From Alphaproteobacteria bacterium (GTDB lineage: Bacteria > Pseudomonadota > Alphaproteobacteria > Micavibrionales > Micavibrionaceae): DNA of 43,266 nucleotides. The stretch is from the NCBI GenBank assembly GCA_030636745.1, contig DAOVWH010000001.1, positions 1 to 43,266 of the forward strand, given 5' to 3'. Within the stretch, counting starts at the first letter, position 1, and each line of letters opens with the position of its first letter. Shown here piece after piece: positions 28,761 through 35,175 of this stretch. The position numbers were made by a program, and so were the translations under genes. The notes beneath the pieces are model-generated. The model was not told the origin of the DNA. It searched no databases and saw only the letters and a list, made by a program, of their open reading frames with translations.

Positions 28761-30041
28761 ATGTTAGGCACAAACAAACCCTCTTCTTATAAGCACAATA
28801 ATGTACCTAAATCTGAGACGCATCTTTCTTCGGAAGCAGGCTCTAAACAAAACCGCATAAAAGTCCTTGATGGTCTGCGTGCTTTTGCGATTCTTCTGGT
28901 TTTGGTGTCTCATAGTACATGGTGTTTTAACGCTCCCATTGTCATTAAGATAGGAGAAGCTGGTTTACACAATTTACTTTACAACGGATGGGTCGGTGTT
29001 GATTTATTTTTTGTATTAAGCGGATTTTTGATTACATCACAGCTTTTGCGGAAAACGCTTAGTATCAAGACATTGAAAACTTATGCACTCCGCCGTTTTT
29101 TCCGCATTGCCCCAGCTTATTATATTGTCGTTTTTGCTACGCTGATTGTTTATTATTTCATCCCAGACATGTCTCCGAGCACAAATCTGTCTTCTGATAT
29201 ATATAGTTTCGTTAAAGATTGGAGTTTACCTCTTCTCGCGCATTTTGTTTTTTTGCATGATTATCTCGGGCGGGTCCCTTATATTAACGGCTTATTCTGG
29301 TCTATCCCTGTTGAGATAAAATTCTACATAATTTTACCCTGCGCATTGTTTTTACTGGCAAACATAAAAAACTCAAAAAACCAGATTATTGCTATTGTTG
29401 GACTATATATTTTATATGTTTTGGGAAAAACCATAACTCTTTATTTTCTCTATGATGGGGATTCCGTAGAATATAGCAATTATTTTCTGGCAATAAGAAC
29501 GCCTTTTCATATGTCATTAGATGGTTTGTTAATTGGCGTTTTATGTGCGTTTTTGTTGAATAATCCATATTTCAAAGCATTAAAATCTCATACCCTTCCA
29601 ATGAATGTTTTATTTGTCGGTGGGCTACTTCTTTTTGCGGCTAATGCTTTTACACCTCATTTTGTCCAAAGCCATGTTAACTTTTTTGAACAAAGCATTA
29701 TGCTCCCGCTTTTTGCTCTTAGCTTTGGTCTTATGCTGGTTTCTTTGGTTCGGGGATGTTTTGCCAGTCATTTCTTTGAGAATAAGATTTTGCGGTATTT
29801 TGCTTTGATTTCTTATAGTTTGTATCTAGGCCATCTTTTCGTTATTCCTTTGCACGGCACTCTGGAAGATGTGTTAGAACCGCATTTCTCTTCTTCGGTT
29901 CTTTGCTGGTTAGTTGTCTTTATTATTTTTATGATCTGCTCTGTGACGCTCGCTTATATTCTTCACAGAACCATTGAGAGACCTTTTCTCGAATGGTCCA
30001 GAAAGTGGTTTAAATATCCAGAACACTATCATCAGAAATAA
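28761..30041 (+). CDS. Acyltransferase family 3 (OafA/NolL-type) membrane protein
   Basis: Contains LDGLRAFAILLVLVSH and GVDLFFVLSGFLIT, with about 10 TM helices. The probable start is the ATG at 28761 (MLGTNK); the ORF opens at 28644. Confidence 0.85.
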   Translation: MLGTNKPSSYKHNNVPKSETHLSSEAGSKQNRIKVLDGLRAFAILLVLVSHSTWCFNAPIVIKIGEAGLHNLLYNGWVGVDLFFVLSGFLITSQLLRKTLSIKTLKTYALRRFFRIAPAYYIVVFATLIVYYFIPDMSPSTNLSSDIYSFVKDWSLPLLAHFVFLHDYLGRVPYINGLFWSIPVEIKFYIILPCALFLLANIKNSKNQIIAIVGLYILYVLGKTITLYFLYDGDSVEYSNYFLAIRTPFHMSLDGLLIGVLCAFLLNNPYFKALKSHTLPMNVLFVGGLLLFAANAFTPHFVQSHVNFFEQSIMLPLFALSFGLMLVSLVRGCFASHFFENKILRYFALISYSLYLGHLFVIPLHGTLEDVLEPHFSSSVLCWLVVFIIFMICSVTLAYILHRTIERPFLEWSRKWFKYPEHYHQK

Positions 30042-30102
30042 ATCGTCATACATTAGGATTTTAAGATGGTTATATAAGTAAAGAGCTTTTATATTATTCG
30101 AT

Positions 30103-30552
30103 ATGATAAATAGAACCGTTGAACTTTTTAAAGATTATTGTCTGAAACATAGTTTTCGCATAACCACGCCGCGTCTAAGCGTCTATAAAATTGTCCTTGA
30201 AGCAAACAAACCTGTTACAGCATATGATGTGTTGGATATCTTAGGTAAAGAAATTAAAAACCCTAAACCGCCGACAGCTTATCGCGCTTTGGATTTTCTG
30301 ACGCAGCATGGATTTGTTCACCGCATTGAATCTCTAAACGCTTATGTATCGTGCAATGTCAATCACAAACACACAGGCTCGCAATTTATGATTTGCGATC
30401 ATTGTGGCCAAGTTGAAGAAATTCATTTATGCACTTTTCCGGATAGTTTGGAAGAAAGAATTTCTTCCAAGAATTTTAATCTTTATTATTGGAATATAGA
30501 AGTTCACGGATGCTGTTGTGAATGTGCATGCGATAATGATATTCTTAAGTGA
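30103..30552 (+). CDS. zur: Zinc uptake regulator (Fur family)
   Basis: KPPTAYRALDFLTQHGFVHRIESLNAYVSC closely parallels E. coli Zur (KPPTVYRALDFLLEQGFVHKVESTNSYVLC). CxxC (CDHC) and a C-terminal Cys cluster (HGCCCECAC) are present. The last 4 codons and the stop lie inside repeat R3. Confidence 0.85.
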   Translation: MINRTVELFKDYCLKHSFRITTPRLSVYKIVLEANKPVTAYDVLDILGKEIKNPKPPTAYRALDFLTQHGFVHRIESLNAYVSCNVNHKHTGSQFMICDHCGQVEEIHLCTFPDSLEERISSKNFNLYYWNIEVHGCCCECACDNDILK

Positions 30553-30562
30553 AGCCACTATA
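30540..30562 (+). repeat. Dispersed 23-bp repeat, copy R3 (TATTCTTAAGTGAAGCCACTATA)
   Basis: Matches the consensus. It spans the zur stop codon (…GAT ATT CTT AAG TGA) and fills the 5-nt gap to the convergent ilvA stop. Confidence 0.8.
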
Positions 30563-31769
30563 CATCTCTTAATGCTTTCACAGAGAAACCTGCATCTTCA
30601 AGTGTTTGAATAATTTCATCGACATGAAGACGATCTCGCGCTTCAATAACAACTTCCAATTCTGCGCGTTTAAGAGAGACTGTCTGCATCATACGTTGAT
30701 GGATAACCTCAATCACATTAGCCCCTGCACTTCCAATAATGCGCGAAATATCAGATAACTGCCCCGGTGTATCATCAATTTCAAAAATTAGGCGTGTGAT
30801 ACGTCCTTCGCGGATCAGACCACGTAAAATCAAAGTTGACAGCGTGCGCGAGTCTATATTGCCTCCACACAAAACCATTCCAACTTTTTTTCCTTTGAAG
30901 TAGTCAATATTTTTCTTGATAACAGCCAGCCCCACGCCTGCTGCCCCTTCTGCTACCAGTTTTTCATCATTGAGCAAATTATATATAGCGATTTCAATTT
31001 CACGCTCACTTGCAGTAAAAATCTTATCGACCAGCCCATCAATAATTTTAAAATCTTTTTCAGAAGGCGTTTTAACCGCTATCCCTTCAGCAATTGTTAA
31101 ATCCCCCCCTGTGAATGGGCGACGCTCTTTCATTGCTAACATAGCGTCAAAGTTCTCGGCTTGCGCCCCAATCACCTCAACATCAGGGTTAATACCTTTA
31201 ATTGCTGTTGCCACACCAGCAATCATTCCTCCACCACCAATAGGCACAACTACAACATCCAGATCAGGCACTTGCTCCAGCATCTCCAATCCTAGAGTCC
31301 CTTGGCCCGCAATAACAACATCATCATCAAAAGGATGGATGAATGTTAAATTCTCTTCTTCTGCTATACGCATAGTTTCGCCAACTGACTCATCAAATCC
31401 ATTCCCGTAAAGAATAACTTTGGCACCAAAATCTTCGGTACGTTTTATTTTATTGAATGGTGTAAATTTTGGCATAATAATTGTCGATGGAATACCAAGA
31501 CGTGTTGCATTATATGCTACGCCTTGTGCATGATTCCCTGCACTACATGCAATAACACCTTTCTCCCGCTGTTCATCACTAAGAGATAAAAGCTTGTTTA
31601 AAGCACCACGTGCTTTGAAAGAACTTGTGTGCTGTAAATTTTCAAGCTTAAGATAAAGATCAATTCCCAAGTGAAGAGAAAGCCTAGTCGCTTTAACAGT
31701 CGGTGTTAATATCACCGCATCCTTGATTTTTTCACGTGCGTTAAGCACATCTTCGTATGTTATGCTCAT
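30558..31769 (-). CDS. ilvA: Threonine ammonia-lyase (short form with a single C-terminal ACT-like domain)
   Basis: The PLP-lysine motif is LENLQHTSSFKARGA. Also present are SAGNHAQGVA, PIGGGGMIAG and a C-terminal regulatory domain. I prefer the ATG at 31769 (MSITYEDV) over the TTG opening at 31826. Confidence 0.9.
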   Translation of the reverse strand: MSITYEDVLNAREKIKDAVILTPTVKATRLSLHLGIDLYLKLENLQHTSSFKARGALNKLLSLSDEQREKGVIACSAGNHAQGVAYNATRLGIPSTIIMPKFTPFNKIKRTEDFGAKVILYGNGFDESVGETMRIAEEENLTFIHPFDDDVVIAGQGTLGLEMLEQVPDLDVVVVPIGGGGMIAGVATAIKGINPDVEVIGAQAENFDAMLAMKERRPFTGGDLTIAEGIAVKTPSEKDFKIIDGLVDKIFTASEREIEIAIYNLLNDEKLVAEGAAGVGLAVIKKNIDYFKGKKVGMVLCGGNIDSRTLSTLILRGLIREGRITRLIFEIDDTPGQLSDISRIIGSAGANVIEVIHQRMMQTVSLKRAELEVVIEARDRLHVDEIIQTLEDAGFSVKALRDV

Positions 31770-31860
31770 TGTTCCAGCCTTGTTGGATGAGGCTGCAACG
31801 CTACATCCATTTGTAGAAAAAATCAACTATCCGAATAGCCAAATTTCCTTATTCCCGTAT

Positions 31861-31883
31861 TATTCTTAAGTGAAACTATCTAT
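31861..31883 (+). repeat. Dispersed 23-bp repeat, copy R4 (TATTCTTAAGTGAAACTATCTAT)
   Basis: Matches the consensus and lies upstream of ilvA. It forms an inverted pair with R5. Confidence 0.75.
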
Positions 31884-32053
31884 ATGCCACATTTGACAAT
31901 GTAGGAATTATGTCCTATACTCTATCTCATGACTGAGAAAAACAAACATGAAGCAACAACAAGTAAAGAAAAACACCTAATTGGCCAAAAAGTTAGCCAA
32001 ATATTTCCGTATCTCGACAAACAAACTATACAGATTTTCCGTTTCAAGGGGAT

Positions 32054-32076
32054 TATAGTAGTTTCACTTGAGAACA
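32054..32076 (-). repeat. Dispersed 23-bp repeat, copy R5 (reverse orientation, 2 substitutions)
   Basis: The plus strand reads TATAGTAGTTTCACTTGAGAACA, whose reverse complement is TGTTCTCAAGTGAAACTACTATA. Confidence 0.7.
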
Positions 32077-32115
32077 CCGCGATTTACATAACACACGGCT
32101 ATGCCCCATTTAGAG

Positions 32116-32571
32116 TTATTGGTAGGCAGAACAGCCTTGACTTTGGCCTAACATTCTTTCAGGCATCCAAAACATTTCTCCAAAATTAATTGTAGGAATT
32201 TTCATACCGCATCGGTCATATACATTCCTCATCTGAGAATAATTATCAGACGTAAAAAATTTCATGAGTTTCTTGTTTTCTTTTATTAATTTTTTTACGT
32301 TATCCTCAGATGTAGCAGATTTCTTGATGTTTTTCATATACTCTTTGTATCCGTCAATATAACGCTGTGCTTTATCGTTGAATTTTTTAATCCTTCTGAT
32401 ATCTTTATTTGTACAAACGCTCTCTGCATTAGCTGTATTTGAGGTTGATGTGCCATGGCTGTTATTTGAATAGTGCGTCGTATAATCAACTGCTTGAGCA
32501 TTTTTAATAACGGCACAGCAACTTATAATGCTAATGGCATATAGAAGACTTACAAACATACGCATAAACAT
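32116..32571 (-). CDS. Hypothetical secreted protein (151 aa)
   Basis: The signal peptide is MFMRMFVSLLYAISIISCCAVIKNAQA. The mature part is Lys-rich, helical and contains 3 Cys. I recognise no family. Confidence 0.55.
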   Translation of the reverse strand: MFMRMFVSLLYAISIISCCAVIKNAQAVDYTTHYSNNSHGTSTSNTANAESVCTNKDIRRIKKFNDKAQRYIDGYKEYMKNIKKSATSEDNVKKLIKENKKLMKFFTSDNYSQMRNVYDRCGMKIPTINFGEMFWMPERMLGQSQGCSAYQ

Positions 32572-32877
32572 AATATTTTTCCTTTAAATTCAACATGTAG
32601 AAAGACTACACTGAAGTCCTGTTATTAGCTTAACGTCATTTATGAATTCTTGCACAGATTTAAATGCTTTTTTCTATAAAAACATGCTGGACCACGGAAA
32701 TTTATGTTATTATGTCTTTGTGAATGTATCGTATCTAACATCCTTTTTACTTACTATGGAACGGTCTAACAAGATCAGAGGATGCTTTTTACTTTCTTTT
32801 CATTTTCCCCTTAAGATCATCCCCATTTTATTTTCCAAGTTTTATTCCCTCCCCACATAAGCAGGAGTACCCGAACC

Positions 32878-33630
32878 ATGGCAAAAAAATCAAGGAAAAA
32901 CCGTAGTAACGTGCCCTATAAAGAAAACATCGTTCATCCTCCCTCTTTCAAGAAAGATGATGGATGGCACCCACTTGATGCCGATATAGATGGACGCAGA
33001 GATCAGAAATACGTTAAGAACATTAAACCTCGTTCTGATGGTCAGGCACAGCTTATACAATCGATTGACGAGTATAGCCTAACGCTGGCTATTGGACCGG
33101 CGGGAACAGGTAAGACATATCTTGCTATTGCCAGCGCCGTACAGTCTCTGGAAAAAGGCACTGTCGAGCGCATTATTCTCTCTCGCCCGGCAATGGAAGC
33201 CGGAGAATCCCTTGGCTTCCTGCCTGGAGACTTACACGAGAAAATGGCTCCCTATTTGCGCCCGCTCTATGACTCATTAGGTGATAGACTTGGTGGCAAG
33301 CGCGTACGTCAATTATTGGAAGACGGCACGATTGAGATAGCTCCTATCGGATTTATGCGCGGACGAACTTTGAATAATGCGTTTGTCGTGATTGATGAAG
33401 CGCAGAACTGTACGTATGGACAGCTAAAGATGATCCTCTCGCGGCTAGGATGGCACTCCACCATGGTGGTAACAGGTGACCCTGATCAATCCGACTTGCT
33501 GGAAGGTATGTCCGGCCTAGCACAAACAGCCGATCGCCTTGATACTCTGGATAATATAGCAGTGTGCCGCCTCGGTCAAAGTGACATCGTCCGTCATCCG
33601 CTTGTCGCCGAAATGCTGGGGGTTTTGTAG
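32878..33630 (+). CDS. phoH: PhoH-family ATPase
   Basis: Walker A is GPAGTGKTYLAIA. Also present are SRPAMEAGESLGFLPGDL, Walker B FVVIDEAQN, VTGDPDQSD and RHPLV. Confidence 0.9.
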   Translation: MAKKSRKNRSNVPYKENIVHPPSFKKDDGWHPLDADIDGRRDQKYVKNIKPRSDGQAQLIQSIDEYSLTLAIGPAGTGKTYLAIASAVQSLEKGTVERIILSRPAMEAGESLGFLPGDLHEKMAPYLRPLYDSLGDRLGGKRVRQLLEDGTIEIAPIGFMRGRTLNNAFVVIDEAQNCTYGQLKMILSRLGWHSTMVVTGDPDQSDLLEGMSGLAQTADRLDTLDNIAVCRLGQSDIVRHPLVAEMLGVL

Positions 33631-33666
33631 AGAAGCTAGGGTCAAGACCTAGTCTATTTAGAAGCC

Positions 33667-33915
33667 CTACGCTTTAGGCTTAACTATAAGGCGCACGGTA
33701 CTGTCGCGCCAACGACGGAGATTGCCTTTAGCCTCCAGCTTATCATCTTCTACCAAAACGCGGATGCGATTGGCTACGTCTTGGCCGGTAAGGCTTGCTC
33801 CCTCAAACTCAGGAGCATCAAAAACTTTGGATATTACCATAGCCGTTTTCTGCCACTCTTTGCCAGCCGCAGATGATAATATGATCTTGTCTATGGTTTC
33901 ACTGTTCTTGTTCAT
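33667..33915 (-). CDS. Small hypothetical protein (82 aa), DUF3658-like pattern
   Basis: IDKIILSSAAGKEWQKTAMVISKVF…VANRIRVLVEDDKLEAKGNLRRWRDSTVRL resembles the C-terminal domain seen in DUF1835/DUF3658 proteins. This is recognition from memory only. Confidence 0.5.
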   Translation of the reverse strand: MNKNSETIDKIILSSAAGKEWQKTAMVISKVFDAPEFEGASLTGQDVANRIRVLVEDDKLEAKGNLRRWRDSTVRLIVKPKA

Positions 33916-33998
33916 GGTTTATATGCCTTCGTTTGTACATGGAAGTGCTACACGAAGTTTCGTGGAGATGCAATGTTTGTGATGAATGGTGCGAATTG

Positions 33999-34124
33999 CT
34001 AGCCCCACCAAAACCAGCTGGTAAATACACCCACACCGAATCCCATTAACCCGCCTGAGAATGCACAAACCACATACGCTATGATGAAGGCTGCACCGTC
34101 TAGGTTGTTTTGATCTTCTTGCAT
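33999..34124 (-). CDS. Candidate 41-aa hydrophobic peptide (below the ORF-track cutoff)
   Basis: Manual translation of the minus strand gives MQEDQNNLDGAAFIIAYVVCAFSGGLMGFGVGVFTSWFWWG*. It has one Gly-rich TM helix and a Trp-rich tail. AGGAAA lies about 6 nt upstream of the ATG. It is divergent from the XRE gene. Confidence 0.3.
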   Translation of the reverse strand: MQEDQNNLDGAAFIIAYVVCAFSGGLMGFGVGVFTSWFWWG

Positions 34125-34204
34125 TGTGTTTTCCTGTGCGTCTGTTTATAGACCGTCTATATATAGACATACCTTTATAGTCTTTTTCAAGCAATTATTT
34201 ATGC

Positions 34205-34438
34205 ATGAAAAAAGATGAGTATGAAAAATCTCTTGATTTGATTGTAGATGTCCTAGTGAAATCCCGGAAAGAACAAGGTATTTCGCACGAAAAACTTGCG
34301 GCTTTATCCGGTCTAAGCCGCACAGCGATTAGCTATATAGAATCACGTAAAAGCACACCAAGCATCGTTACTTGCATGAAATTATGTGATGTGCTGGGTG
34401 TGAAATTATCGGAGTTGCTGCGGGAGGTAAAACACTAA
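34205..34438 (+). CDS. XRE-family helix-turn-helix transcriptional regulator (77 aa)
   Basis: RKEQGISHEKLAALSGLSRTAISYIESRKSTPSIVTCMKLCDVLGVKLSELL is a canonical Cro/C1 HTH. Confidence 0.8.
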   Translation: MKKDEYEKSLDLIVDVLVKSRKEQGISHEKLAALSGLSRTAISYIESRKSTPSIVTCMKLCDVLGVKLSELLREVKH

Positions 34439-34529
34439 AGAGCTTGCCCTAAAGAAAAAGCCTGTTTATAACAGCCTCAATATCATGCATTAGAATTATA
34501 TAACTATATGAAATACAAGGAATAAAATA

Positions 34530-34952
34530 ATGGCCATAGAACGTACATTTTCAATTGTTAAACCAGATGCAACAAAACGTAACATCACAGGTGCAATTAA
34601 TGCCAAACTGGAAGAAGCAGGTCTTCGTATTGTTGCCCAGAAACGTATTCATATGAGTAAAGAGCAAGCTGAAGGATTTTATGATGTTCACAAAGAGCGC
34701 CCGTTTTTTGGTGAATTAACAGAGTTCATGTCCTCTGCACCAGTTATCGTTCAAGTGCTTGAAGGCGAAAATGCTGTTGCCAAGAATCGTGAAGTAATGG
34801 GTGCTACTAATCCAAAAGAAGCCGATGCAGGAACAATCCGTAAAGAACATGCGTTAAATATTGGAGAAAATTCCGTTCACGGTTCTGATTCATTAGAAAA
34901 TGCTAAAATAGAGATTAATTATTTCTTCACAGAAGAAGAGATTGTTGGCTAA
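34530..34952 (+). CDS. ndk: Nucleoside-diphosphate kinase
   Basis: Begins [14 protein letters not shown] and contains NSVHGSD, which includes the active-site His. Length is 140 aa. Confidence 0.97.
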   Translation: MAIERTFSIVKPDATKRNITGAINAKLEEAGLRIVAQKRIHMSKEQAEGFYDVHKERPFFGELTEFMSSAPVIVQVLEGENAVAKNREVMGATNPKEADAGTIRKEHALNIGENSVHGSDSLENAKIEINYFFTEEEIVG

Positions 34953-35010
34953 GCTAAAACAAATCTGATTTTGCCTGCTCAGTATAAGCTTTTATTGCTA
35001 TCACAGATAA

Positions 35011-35033
35011 TGTAGTAATTTGACTTAAATCAG
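35011..35033 (-). repeat. Degenerate copy of the 23-bp repeat (R6)
   Basis: TGTAGTAATTTGACTTAAATCAG compares with TATAGTAGTTTCACTTAAGAATA at about 15-16 of the first 20 positions. It lies in the ndk to PEPC-like intergenic region. Confidence 0.3.
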
Positions 35034-35175
35034 CCTGAAGACGTAGACTCCCCTCTTTATTCCATGATAAAAAGAAACATGATGAGGCTTTTTCCGTTTG
35101 TGTGAGAGATATCTCGCGATTCAAGCTTCCCGTCTATTTTTCTGTATCGTCTAACAAGAACAATAAGTGAGAGCT

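Larger units (their letters stand above)
31861..32076. mobile_element. 216-bp MITE-like unit bounded by inverted copies R4/R5 of the 23-bp repeat
   Basis: The termini TATTCTTAAGTGAAACTA… and …TAGTTTCACTTGAGAACA are inverted, with about 19/23 matching. The interior is non-coding-looking and AT-rich. I could not discern a clear target-site duplication. Confidence 0.35.

Noticed and set aside
31929-32189. 86-aa ORF on the plus strand
   Set aside because: It lies inside the MITE-like unit, runs through repeat copy R5 and overlaps the 3' end of the 151-aa secreted-protein gene. No RBS is present.
32642-32860. 72-aa ORF in the 305-bp gap upstream of phoH
   Set aside because: It sits in an AT-rich promoter-like region and its hydrophobic, Phe/Leu-rich sequence is typical of AT-bias artefacts. 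No RBS is present.
33919-34194. 91-aa Arg/Cys-rich ORF on the minus strand
   Set aside because: Its composition is implausible (RRSKQPRRCSLHH…). An alternative frame in the same interval gives a clean 41-aa TM peptide with an RBS, which I report instead at low confidence.
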